A DNA stretch of 64,000 bases, taken from assembly GCA_963726455.1 (NCBI GenBank), contig CAVSCK010000004.1, positions 448,001-512,000 on the forward strand, given 5' to 3'. The notes under the pieces are model-generated. The model did not search any database, was not told the DNA's origin, and saw only the letters and a list, made by a program, of their open reading frames with translations. The translations under genes and the position numbers were made by a program. Below are positions 10,026 through 19,585 of this stretch, piece by piece (the stretch's first letter is position 1; every line of letters starts with the position of its first letter). Origin of the DNA: an uncultured bacterium. GTDB taxonomy: Bacteria > Zixibacteria > MSB-5A5 > CAIYYT01.

Positions 10026-12440
10026 ATGTTTAGTATTGGATCTAATGTAGGCAGCTATCGAATCGTTAGACGACTTGGTGAAGGCGGAATGGGAGTCGTC
10101 TATGAGGCCGTCGATGAGCGACTTGATCGAACGGTTGCTCTCAAAGTAATTTCGGAAAAGTACGGTTGCGATCCGAAATACAGGGCAAGACTTTTCCACG
10201 AAGCCAAGAGCGCTGCCAAGATCAATACAGATCACGTTGTTAGGATTTGGGAATGCTCGGAATTCGAGGGCACTCCTTTCATTTCCTATGAGTACGCGCC
10301 GGGCCGCTGCCTGGACGAAGTGATGCAGAAACTCTCCTTCGATGAAAAGGTAAGAATCGCCCGCGAACTGGCAGAAGGTTTGCAGATTGCACATTCGCTT
10401 GGGGTCATCCATCGCGACTTGAAACCGGGAAACATCATTGTCTGCGACGGCGGTTCCATCAAGATTCTTGACTTCGGCCTGGCCAAAATCATTAACGCTG
10501 ATTCCGTTGACAGTCAGGGGAATATCGAGGGGACCCTTTTCTATATGTCTCCGGAGCAGATCTCAGGTGCAACGCAGACATCGTCCACCGATATTTATAG
10601 TTATGGCGTGATTCTATATGAGCTATTTACCGGCCACAAACCATTCGACGGCGAGTACTCCGCCGCCATCATTTACTCCATACTCCATGAGGATCCTGTA
10701 CCTCCCAGTGAACTAAATTCGTCGCTGCCGGAATGGGTCAATCCGCTAGTGCTGAGACTCCTGGCCAGAAATACCGCAGACCGCTTCCCAGACATGGGTT
10801 CGGTACTTGAATATCTTGATGCCACGCAGACAAGTCATGGCGCAGCCACCCGAATCGGTGCATACAAGACCCGCAAGCGAACGATAACGGTCACGCATCT
10901 CAGAAACCTCTCTGGTGATCCGTCGTGGGACTATTTCTGTGCAGGATTTACCGAGGATCTGATTCGTGAGATTTCGCTGCGTACTGACACCGTGGTGTCG
11001 GTTGAACCGGAGAGTTCGGGAGAACGAGAGATCGCGAGCATTTTCCGGAAGTGTCGATCAGATTATGTGCTCACAGGGACCCTGATGCGATGGCAAGAGG
11101 AGATCAAGCTCGGCCTAAGTGTCTATGGTGAGAACGGCGATAAGCTGATTTATGGCGAGCAGTTTCGCGGAGGGGTAAAGCAGTTGTTCGAACTGCTATC
11201 TCGCGCCGCCCGAAATGCCTCTGAGGCACTGGCCAAAGCCAGCGGCGCAGCTTTGGTCGATGTCGATCGCCTCCTGAATACGAATGTCCCTGCCTACGAT
11301 TTCTATCTGAAAGGCAGAAGCTATTACCATACCAGTAAACCAGAGGATTTGGAGTCTGCCATCAACATGTTCAACCGGGCGCTGGAGCTGGACCCGAATC
11401 TTGCGCTCGCGAAGACCGGGCTTTCCGATGTCCATGCGTTTCAGTACAATGCTTATTATGACCGCCGTCCTGAGAAGATCGAACTTGCGATTCAGGAGGC
11501 ACAACAGGCGCTGGCAATCGATTCCCTTCTTCCTGAAGCCCATCGTGCGTTAGGGCGGTGCTACATGTTTGTCGGGGACTTCGATAATGCCGAAAAATCA
11601 CTGATGAGATCTGTAGACATTGCTCCGAAGTTTGCCATGGGCTACCGATCGCTGGCCTGGCTCAAGGACATGGCGGGCGACGACGAGGCTGCCCTCGTCT
11701 GGGCCAAGAAGGCATTGGAATTGGCCCCTACCGATCTTGAGACGCTGTTGCTTCTGGGTCTGCTATATCTGGACATGCGCAAATTCACACTGGCAATGGC
11801 CACGCTTCAGCGCGCCGTGGAATTGGGTCCCGACTACGGCCGGGCCTATTACTATCTGGGCATTGTCTTCACGAAGCTAGGGGTACCGGACATCGCTGTC
11901 GAGAACTTGCAGTTGGCAATTAAGTACAAAGGAGATCCCAACAGCTACATTGACGCCGGATATGCTGATATGGTATTGCGAAACTATGGTCGCGCGAAGA
12001 CATTTTTCTGTGAATCACTCGAACGGGGCTATATGCCTTTTATCGCCCTCTACTTCCTCGGGCTGATCTGTCTAATTCAGGGCGACCAGGAGATGGCGAC
12101 GGGTTATTTTGAAGATTCTTCTCGCTCAGCAGAGGACTATCTCGCTCGCGACCCTACCAACTGTCACGTTGCAAGTTATCGTGCACTCGCGCTTGCCGCG
12201 AGCGGCAGAAAGACCGAAGCAATTGAGATACTGGAGAGGATGTCTAACAATCCCGCCTGCCAGGGGGATCTGCTACACAACGTCGCAAGATGTTACGCTC
12301 TTCTTGGCGATAAGGAGAAGGCCGAGCTATTCAAGACCAAAGCAATCGGGCACCATGCCGGGCCCACACTCAAGGAACTTGAGGGCGATCCTCACTTCCT
12401 GATTCACTTCAACTGCGGCGGCTTTCGTTCGCAGAATTAA
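10026..12440 (+). CDS. Hanks-type Ser/Thr kinase with TolB-N-like domain and TPR repeats
   Basis: LGEGGMGVVY, VALK, HRDLKPGN, DFG, DIYSYG; AYDFYLKGR followed by TPR helices; start could be 9990. Confidence 0.93.
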   Translation: MFSIGSNVGSYRIVRRLGEGGMGVVYEAVDERLDRTVALKVISEKYGCDPKYRARLFHEAKSAAKINTDHVVRIWECSEFEGTPFISYEYAPGRCLDEVMQKLSFDEKVRIARELAEGLQIAHSLGVIHRDLKPGNIIVCDGGSIKILDFGLAKIINADSVDSQGNIEGTLFYMSPEQISGATQTSSTDIYSYGVILYELFTGHKPFDGEYSAAIIYSILHEDPVPPSELNSSLPEWVNPLVLRLLARNTADRFPDMGSVLEYLDATQTSHGAATRIGAYKTRKRTITVTHLRNLSGDPSWDYFCAGFTEDLIREISLRTDTVVSVEPESSGEREIASIFRKCRSDYVLTGTLMRWQEEIKLGLSVYGENGDKLIYGEQFRGGVKQLFELLSRAARNASEALAKASGAALVDVDRLLNTNVPAYDFYLKGRSYYHTSKPEDLESAINMFNRALELDPNLALAKTGLSDVHAFQYNAYYDRRPEKIELAIQEAQQALAIDSLLPEAHRALGRCYMFVGDFDNAEKSLMRSVDIAPKFAMGYRSLAWLKDMAGDDEAALVWAKKALELAPTDLETLLLLGLLYLDMRKFTLAMATLQRAVELGPDYGRAYYYLGIVFTKLGVPDIAVENLQLAIKYKGDPNSYIDAGYADMVLRNYGRAKTFFCESLERGYMPFIALYFLGLICLIQGDQEMATGYFEDSSRSAEDYLARDPTNCHVASYRALALAASGRKTEAIEILERMSNNPACQGDLLHNVARCYALLGDKEKAELFKTKAIGHHAGPTLKELEGDPHFLIHFNCGGFRSQN

Positions 12441-12505
12441 CGATACGAAAAAACATAGCGTCTCCTTACCGACTTACCAGTAACGTAGCTCTAAACGACT
12501 TCCGC

Positions 12506-15163
12506 TTACTTACATGCTGCACAAGGCGCCGGACCACCGCTAAAGATGTAACTGATAATGTACACGGCATCCGAGATGTCAACGAAGCCGTCGCAGTTAG
12601 CATCGCCCACCACCTGGGGTATAGGCGCCGGACCGCCGGAGAAAATGTATGCAATCAGTGCGACTACGTCCGAGATATCGGTTGCGCCATCGCCGTTCGC
12701 ATCACCGCAGACTTGGGCTATCACATAGACTGCGTAGGGATGCGAATAGGGCGCGGCAACTCCACCCTGGAACGACCGCACGCGCCAATAAAACACCGAA
12801 TCAATGCCCAATGCCGATGTCGGTGTGTAAGTGGCAGTGGTTAAACCCCCGATATCGCAGATCGGCGCCCGAAAATCGAGATAGCGATCCAGTTGAAACT
12901 GAAAACTATCCGCCGCCATCGACTTCTGCGCGAGACCACTCCAGTTGAAGATCGGCCGCGCGGCCGGCAACGCCCGGCCATTGGCCGGATGTACCAAAGA
13001 GACCGGCTCCACATCATAATAGAATACCAGGCTGTCGCCCCGCGGAGGAATTCGATAACAATCCGCCAGATGCGCCGACGTCGTGCCGTCGATGCGGATC
13101 CCGACCTCGAACAGTGTGCCGTTCGAAGTGTCCGATCGCGGTTCGACAATTATGCGGTAGCCGCCATACTGCAAGTTATAATCGAAAGCCCGTTCATCCA
13201 ATGTGTCGTCGCCGTTAGCGTCCAACCGCCCGTAGGCCGAGCCGGCAACCGTCTGCAACGGTCTCGAGATAACAAGATTCAACGGGTTGACGATCCGCAA
13301 TGTTACGTTGCCGTAACCTGTGGTGACCATTTCGTCCGGTAGAATCGGATCGGCCGGCAGACCATTGATCGCCAAAACAATCGGGTTCCCTTGCTGTCCG
13401 CCGATCGCAAAGTCTGGTGCGCCGCTACGATCAAGATCCCCGGCAACCAGAGCGTATAGCGCACTCGTTCCGCTGCCCAAAGGAATGTTGGGCTGTGGAG
13501 TCAGATTCCCCAACCCATCGTTCTTGCAGATGACCAGTGCGCGCGTCTTTGCGTTGACAGCACTAACATCCAGGTCGCCGTCCTTTTCCACGTCGGACAA
13601 AGCCAGATTCAGCAGCGTCCCCGCGAATGCCAGCGTGTCACTGTTTGCGATCCCGCCGCTGCCATCACCCAGACATACCGTGACCACGCTGGTGTCATCG
13701 CCGAGAGTCGAATTGCCGGTGACCGCTACGAAATCACGTTTGCGGTCGCCGTTCAGATCGATGTCCGCTTTGACGGTCGCGAAGTCGAAGGCACGATAGC
13801 CAATTCGCACGGCGGCCGATCGCGTAAGATTGCCCGAACCGTCGTTCAGAAACATCTTGGCCGAGTCTCCGATCGTCGCCACAAAATCATCGTAGCCGTC
13901 ATTGTTGAAATCGGCTGCATCGACAGCGTCAAACGAGAACGTCAGAGTCGCGCTGGTCGGAAAAGCGCCTGTGCCGTTGCCATAGAGAATCTGGTTCTCG
14001 CTGACAATCAGATCCAGATAAGCATCGCGGTTGAAATAACCGGCTGCGATGGCCGGGAAGACCGTGCTGTTTAATGACCGAATCGCAGAGGAGGAATAGC
14101 TGACGGTTTGCGAATCGATAGCAAAATTGCGGGAGCCCTGGTTGAGCAGGATATAAATCTTGTCCGTTGTGTGGGCAACGATATCCAACAAAGAGTCACT
14201 GTCGACATAACCCACCGCCAGGGCCGCCTGTTTCACTTTCAGGTAGTTGCGCGGCGCCTCAAACGTGCCGTCGGACTTGCCATAGATCACGTAGAGGCTG
14301 TCATCGGTACGACCGGTGTAGACGATGTCCGCATAGTTGTCCTGATCCAAATCGGCCTGGCGCACATAGAAAACATCCACAGTGTCGGTGGTCGTGACGA
14401 CATCAAATCCCGGTTCGCACTTGACATATGCCGGGCGGATAGGACCTCCCGGGACAGTTGAGAACATGAAATCACCGGCGGGACCGACGAAGGCAGAGTC
14501 AAGATCGATAAACTGGGTGGGACTTCCGGCCAGAATACGCGCGTAAAGCGTGAAGAGCAACCCGTTATTCTGAGGATTAATTGGTTGCGATGCCATTATG
14601 TCAATCCAGCCAACCAAGACTTTATTGCTCGCCGGTACAAATTTCTTCTGAAGCGATCCCCCGGGAATAATTGAGCCAGTCGAACTCACACTCGTGATCT
14701 CGATGTCATTCGAAGCATAATGAAACCCAAGCGAAAACCCATTCAATCCCACCGTGTTATCAATGTATATTGGAATTGCCACGGAGTCGTTGTTTCCTGA
14801 ATACGGCCTGCAACCCATCCTTACCTTATTGCCGGCGACGGTTCCGTAATTGCAGCCCACGGGGACCGAGCACCCGGAGGGGGCCGGCCCGCCGCCGAAA
14901 ATGTATTTGCACAAGTATGCCGCGTCGGCCACGTTAACTCCGCAATCATTGTTGGCATTGCCCGACTCCAACGGGATTGGAGTCGAACCACCGCCAAAGA
15001 TATAATTGATGAGGTAGACTGCATCAGATATGTCGATGGTTCCGCTGGCATTCGCATCCCCGCAGGTCCAGGGCAGACGAGGATTCTGGCCCTTCAGCTC
15101 TACAGGTCTAGAGATGCAGAAGCCCGCGCAAATTGTCACGATCAGCATTAGTCTCTTAATCAT
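12506..15163 (-). CDS. Secreted dockerin - cohesin-like - FG-GAP - dockerin protein
   Basis: GGAGG SD and signal peptide; N- and C-terminal GDAN...DISDAVY dockerins; cohesin-like segment (VAIPIYIDN...GLLFTLY); FG-GAP module paralogous to 3501-5390. Confidence 0.85.
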   Translation of the reverse strand: MIKRLMLIVTICAGFCISRPVELKGQNPRLPWTCGDANASGTIDISDAVYLINYIFGGGSTPIPLESGNANNDCGVNVADAAYLCKYIFGGGPAPSGCSVPVGCNYGTVAGNKVRMGCRPYSGNNDSVAIPIYIDNTVGLNGFSLGFHYASNDIEITSVSSTGSIIPGGSLQKKFVPASNKVLVGWIDIMASQPINPQNNGLLFTLYARILAGSPTQFIDLDSAFVGPAGDFMFSTVPGGPIRPAYVKCEPGFDVVTTTDTVDVFYVRQADLDQDNYADIVYTGRTDDSLYVIYGKSDGTFEAPRNYLKVKQAALAVGYVDSDSLLDIVAHTTDKIYILLNQGSRNFAIDSQTVSYSSSAIRSLNSTVFPAIAAGYFNRDAYLDLIVSENQILYGNGTGAFPTSATLTFSFDAVDAADFNNDGYDDFVATIGDSAKMFLNDGSGNLTRSAAVRIGYRAFDFATVKADIDLNGDRKRDFVAVTGNSTLGDDTSVVTVCLGDGSGGIANSDTLAFAGTLLNLALSDVEKDGDLDVSAVNAKTRALVICKNDGLGNLTPQPNIPLGSGTSALYALVAGDLDRSGAPDFAIGGQQGNPIVLAINGLPADPILPDEMVTTGYGNVTLRIVNPLNLVISRPLQTVAGSAYGRLDANGDDTLDERAFDYNLQYGGYRIIVEPRSDTSNGTLFEVGIRIDGTTSAHLADCYRIPPRGDSLVFYYDVEPVSLVHPANGRALPAARPIFNWSGLAQKSMAADSFQFQLDRYLDFRAPICDIGGLTTATYTPTSALGIDSVFYWRVRSFQGGVAAPYSHPYAVYVIAQVCGDANGDGATDISDVVALIAYIFSGGPAPIPQVVGDANCDGFVDISDAVYIISYIFSGGPAPCAACK

Positions 15164-15375
15164 TGATGCCTCCTTTTTGGGATACCTTAACTGTAAAGTT
15201 CAGCGGTTGACTCTCAAAGTGAAGTAATTGCTGTAAGTACGATCAAAATCACAAACTGCAACAGATTGATTGGCGGACTGCCCATGACGCTCCCAGTCGC
15301 ATTTCTCAAATTGGTCGCAAGACCTTGAGTTAGTAAGAAACTTATTCCGTAAGATAGCATGCAATTGCCAGATTG

Positions 15376-16431
15376 TCAAGTGTTATTGCGCCTGCGAGAG
15401 TCGTGTTGCGGGGATTCTTCCGCCCATTTGTCAAGCATGAATCGCTGCCAGAGGTCCTTGCTGCTGGAACGGAAGAAGGGCAGAATTGCCAGCCTACCCG
15501 TCTTGCCGATGCTCTTCTCCAGGTACTTCAGTTCCGCAAATTTCTCCACAAGTTGTGGCTCCGGAGAAACAGGCAAGCCGAACTCTCGCATGAGCAGTAT
15601 GCCTTTGACCTGTAAAGACAGCTCGAGTTGGAGTCGCACAAGACAAAGCATGTCCGCAACAACCTCACCTCGGAATCGGCTCTTTAATGATTCGAGGTAG
15701 GCACCGATCTTGGTCTGCGAGATATTGCCGCTACAGATCAGATCCAACAACTCCATGTCAGCATCCAAACCAATTCCCAGCCACTTCTGGGTGGCTTTCT
15801 CGCTCTTTTCGAACACGAAAATCACCAACAGAGGTAAGCAAATCAGCAGAATGACGGTCGATAACAGTGGGGAGATGAGAAAATTGTTATAGACGGCATG
15901 GACAAGGATTGCCAAGCACAGACCTGGAAGGAAAACAACAATTCTGTGGGTTTGGTGGCGATCTGACAGATACTTGGAAATCATCCCCAGTATCGCCGCC
16001 GTGCTTCCGTGCATGACCGCAGTGCCGAAGCCACGAACGACCCAAAGGAGGATGTTAGAATTCGTTAGGGCGTTCAGGTAATAGATGTTTTCGACAAGAG
16101 CAAATCCGGCGCCGACTGCAAAACCATAGATTGCCGCATCGACCAGAAATCCGATTCGCGTCTTTCGCAACAGATAGATGACATAAGCGGCCTTCAGTAG
16201 TTCCTCAGTCAGCGGTGCAATGTACGCTGCGAGATTGGACACGCTGAGAGAGAAAATCCGGGTCAGCCCGGTGTTGAGAAACAGGCCGACTACGGCAACA
16301 AGACAGCCTGCAAATATGGCCCTTGTTGCCGATCGAAGACTAACCAGCTTGTAGCTGTCGAGGAAGATCAGCACAGCCAGAAAAACAAACACGGGAACTA
16401 AACTGACGAATACTTTGATGAGCTCGGTCAT
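15376..16431 (-). CDS. prsW: PrsW-family intramembrane metalloprotease with C-terminal extension (copy 2)
   Basis: APLTEELLKA, GFALVEN, MHGS, VHAVYN; ATGA overlap with the upstream gene. Confidence 0.88.
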   Translation of the reverse strand: MTELIKVFVSLVPVFVFLAVLIFLDSYKLVSLRSATRAIFAGCLVAVVGLFLNTGLTRIFSLSVSNLAAYIAPLTEELLKAAYVIYLLRKTRIGFLVDAAIYGFAVGAGFALVENIYYLNALTNSNILLWVVRGFGTAVMHGSTAAILGMISKYLSDRHQTHRIVVFLPGLCLAILVHAVYNNFLISPLLSTVILLICLPLLVIFVFEKSEKATQKWLGIGLDADMELLDLICSGNISQTKIGAYLESLKSRFRGEVVADMLCLVRLQLELSLQVKGILLMREFGLPVSPEPQLVEKFAELKYLEKSIGKTGRLAILPFFRSSSKDLWQRFMLDKWAEESPQHDSRRRNNT

Positions 16432-19400
16432 AACACTTTGAGCGAAAACATCAGCTCGGTAGATGCCTTTTCTCCCTTTTCAAATGCCGCAGCATAACCC
16501 ACCGACATCGTCATGTTGAGGTGTGACAACATGATCAAGCGAAAATCCAGTTGCGAACCGACGTTCAGTAATGATCTTCTTACTTGTTCACTGTCGAAAT
16601 CAGTGACAATTCCCGTGGAGAACAGAGCCAACCTCAACCAGGTGCCAAACAGCGATGGCGTTCCAAGTCGTCTGAACCTGATGGGTGGGAGCGACCATTC
16701 CGCCATCAGCTTGCCATAGTTGATACCTCCGATAGCGTTTAGCTCGACTCCCGGAAAGCTGTAATAGGCTCGGTATCTCCTTTCCGACTGGTAATCTACC
16801 CAGTTGTTTCCAAAACCTCCAAAGTAGAATCTTGCCAGAGGTTCGATCCGATTACTTGGGGAAAAACCTGCAGAACTTCTGAACCAAATCGAAGAATGGT
16901 TTATGGGAAGCGGTAGTCCCCAGTCAAACTTGGTGAAGAACCGTGGAAATATCTTGCGGTTGACGAACTTCGCGTTGGCGGCAATTTGACACGAAAGACC
17001 TTTCTCAAAGTCGACTGCTCCGAGAGAGGATCTCTGATTGCTGAAAAAGAGAACTGAATTGACGGCGATGAATCGATCGTACGAGGTGGTCACATTCTGG
17101 TACTCTGGCAGCCTCTGCAAATCGCCATATCTCGTGACACCGAAATTGCAGTCCATCTGTTTGGGGCCGTCAGACAGCAGCTTCTTTTGGTATTTGATTC
17201 CGAGAGAATATCCTTTTCGGCTGGTCTTGGTCGGACCGAAGAGATCATAGAAATCAGCGGCGTTGTACGCCAAGTCTGCTTCCCAGTTCGAGTAGCTGTA
17301 CCTCCAACTTGCGTGAACTCTCTCACTGCGGGGCAAAGCTCCTCCGGGGCTGTATGAAACGGAAAGTGCCGAGTTGTGTAAGGCAATCGGGTCGGAAAGG
17401 CTGAGATGTACTCCCACGGCGGCGTAATTCTGATAGCCTTCGACAATCGGATAAGCCGACACGAGTCTGATGTTCTTCAGACCGGAATACCCGCCGGAAT
17501 GCGTGGTAAGCGAGTCGATATTTACTGCGGCTGGGGATCCGGCGAGCCAGCCGGTCACTTCGGGATATTTTTCGACAATTTGCTGGCCCAGGTAGACAAT
17601 GGCGCTTACGTCTTCAATGGGCTTGTTGGCTATCATCACGGGAGAAAAGCCGCCACCCGAAAAGCGAAATACAATTAACGAGTCATCGGAGATCGGGACC
17701 GGCCGGAAGAATCCGGTTTCGCAATTGCTCAGAACCTCCATGGAGTCCGTTTCGATTGAGTATCTGAATATGTTCGAAACGCCGGTATAGTAGGACGATC
17801 CGTAGAGATATTTCCCGTCGGGGGAAAAGACGAAGCCAGCTGGATTGCTGTTCTCAAAATTGTGGAGGACCTCGTAAGTAGTGTCGCCAGCCAGAATCTT
17901 CGCCGTCTCCATTTTGATTAGACGCTGGCTGCCGTCAATCTCGGCAAGCGCGGCGGAAAGAAGAGTACCATCAGGCGAAATATCAATATCATAGATATCT
18001 CGACCATAAGGCCACGAGTAAACCTGATTCCACTCCTGGTAAGGATAGGGGATTTTGACTATCGTTGAGATACCGTTGAAGTGCCTTACACCCCAAATGG
18101 ACTTGTCGGAGGAACTAAACGCCAAGTCGCCGATTCTTGCGTCCTTCAGAAGAATCCTTTTCCTTCCTGAGGCAATCTCAACGACATTGAGGTCCCGCCA
18201 TTCGTCGTTGTCGGTAGTGAAAAAGAGCTTGCCCGACGAGGCGTCGAAGGCCAGCGAAGCTGCGTAGAACAGTGTGGCCCCCTTAATCTCGCAGATCGGC
18301 TTGGAACTGCCGTCTTCGATGCGGATCCCTGCCAGATGGGCAACTTGCCCGGGATAGTTGACCGCAGCATACAATGTTTTCGTTGCAGGATCGAAGTAGG
18401 CCCGCGAAACCGAACCGAGAGGGTTTCGCGATAGCATTCTATATGGAGTTGTGGGATACAGGCGAATCGAATCGAGGTTGGCCGCTTGAAACTGTTGTTC
18501 CCATTGAATCCATTGTGACCAAGCGTCGTCAAGAGATAATCTGTAAGTCTTCCGAAATTGCGAAGCGAAGTAGCTTTTCGTATCCGGACCGCGGGACACC
18601 CACTTTACTAATAGTTGCGGACCATATTGGTAGGCCAGATAACTCATGAATCGCGTACCGTAAAGGTAGGAATTCACGCCCACCTGAAAGTCAATCTTCG
18701 TACCTTCCGATTCCAATCCGATCAAATCGTAAATGTGACTACTGTCACGGACAAGCGTTCGGAAAACCATCTCGTCGTAAGCTCCCAGAGCCCTTCCCAA
18801 ACCCCCCGCCATCCAGGTTTCCATGAATACGGCAATACCTTCGTGATACCATCTGGGAGCGGATCGACGAGGAGTCGTGAGATGACTATAGAAGATCGAG
18901 AGTGGGTTTTCCGAGGTTTCGCTTACCTTGCCTCGAAAGAGTGTCCTGAAGAATCTATCACTTCGGGATGCTTTGTCTCCGGCGATGATGTGAACGATCT
19001 CGTGATTCATGATGGCATTCATTCGCTCATTCGCCGGAGCTGTTTCGTACACGTAACTGATCGGTGCTATCGCAACGGATATGCGATTGTTGGGAGCCGT
19101 GCTGGCGCCGGCATTGCCATAATCACCAAGATCATGCAAGAAGACGGTGATCTTTTGCGACGGCGCGTAATTCCAGAATTTCTTATGGAATGCCAGTGAG
19201 TTCTCGAAACAACGGGCCGCATGGGGAACCAGGTAGGACTCCGCCTGGCCGTAATAGACCAGCCTCAAGTCTTTGGTCTCAAGTGAATACAGTTGCGCGA
19301 AGAGAGAAGGCGCCGTGAAACTAATAGCCAACAGAAAAAAGACTTTCACACGAAGACTGGTCGACAACCAGCGACTTGAATCAGGGTTTGAATACCACAC
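16428..19400 (-). CDS. Exported protein: HExxH zinc-peptidase-like domain + TolB/PD40-like propeller + probable outer-membrane beta-barrel
   Basis: Signal peptide ending SLFA-Q; HEIVH...PRWYHEGIA; DISPDG and FSPDGKYLY; amphipathic C-terminal strands and FYFGG; start uncertain (19400 or 19349). Confidence 0.75.
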   Translation of the reverse strand: MWYSNPDSSRWLSTSLRVKVFFLLAISFTAPSLFAQLYSLETKDLRLVYYGQAESYLVPHAARCFENSLAFHKKFWNYAPSQKITVFLHDLGDYGNAGASTAPNNRISVAIAPISYVYETAPANERMNAIMNHEIVHIIAGDKASRSDRFFRTLFRGKVSETSENPLSIFYSHLTTPRRSAPRWYHEGIAVFMETWMAGGLGRALGAYDEMVFRTLVRDSSHIYDLIGLESEGTKIDFQVGVNSYLYGTRFMSYLAYQYGPQLLVKWVSRGPDTKSYFASQFRKTYRLSLDDAWSQWIQWEQQFQAANLDSIRLYPTTPYRMLSRNPLGSVSRAYFDPATKTLYAAVNYPGQVAHLAGIRIEDGSSKPICEIKGATLFYAASLAFDASSGKLFFTTDNDEWRDLNVVEIASGRKRILLKDARIGDLAFSSSDKSIWGVRHFNGISTIVKIPYPYQEWNQVYSWPYGRDIYDIDISPDGTLLSAALAEIDGSQRLIKMETAKILAGDTTYEVLHNFENSNPAGFVFSPDGKYLYGSSYYTGVSNIFRYSIETDSMEVLSNCETGFFRPVPISDDSLIVFRFSGGGFSPVMIANKPIEDVSAIVYLGQQIVEKYPEVTGWLAGSPAAVNIDSLTTHSGGYSGLKNIRLVSAYPIVEGYQNYAAVGVHLSLSDPIALHNSALSVSYSPGGALPRSERVHASWRYSYSNWEADLAYNAADFYDLFGPTKTSRKGYSLGIKYQKKLLSDGPKQMDCNFGVTRYGDLQRLPEYQNVTTSYDRFIAVNSVLFFSNQRSSLGAVDFEKGLSCQIAANAKFVNRKIFPRFFTKFDWGLPLPINHSSIWFRSSAGFSPSNRIEPLARFYFGGFGNNWVDYQSERRYRAYYSFPGVELNAIGGINYGKLMAEWSLPPIRFRRLGTPSLFGTWLRLALFSTGIVTDFDSEQVRRSLLNVGSQLDFRLIMLSHLNMTMSVGYAAAFEKGEKASTELMFSLKVL

Positions 19401-19512
19401 GTTGAATCTCCAAACGAAGCAAACGATCTTGGCGGGTCAAAGTGCACTTTACCGACTGGCCAGTGAAAGGATGATCTCTAGTCTTTGACAGACGTGTGTA
19501 AAGATAGTCGAA

Positions 19513-19544
19513 GGAGACGCCGCGACCGTAGCCGCAACATCTCC
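19513..19544 (-). terminator. 14-bp stem with UACG tetraloop after the repeat-protein gene (weak terminator or mRNA-stabilising stem)
   Basis: GGAGATGTTGCGGC-TACG-GTCGCGGCGTCTCC on the minus strand; no clean U-tract. Confidence 0.5.
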
Positions 19545-19585
19545 CCCGTAGCATATCATCCCGGTTACTGGCGGGGTCAGTATCC

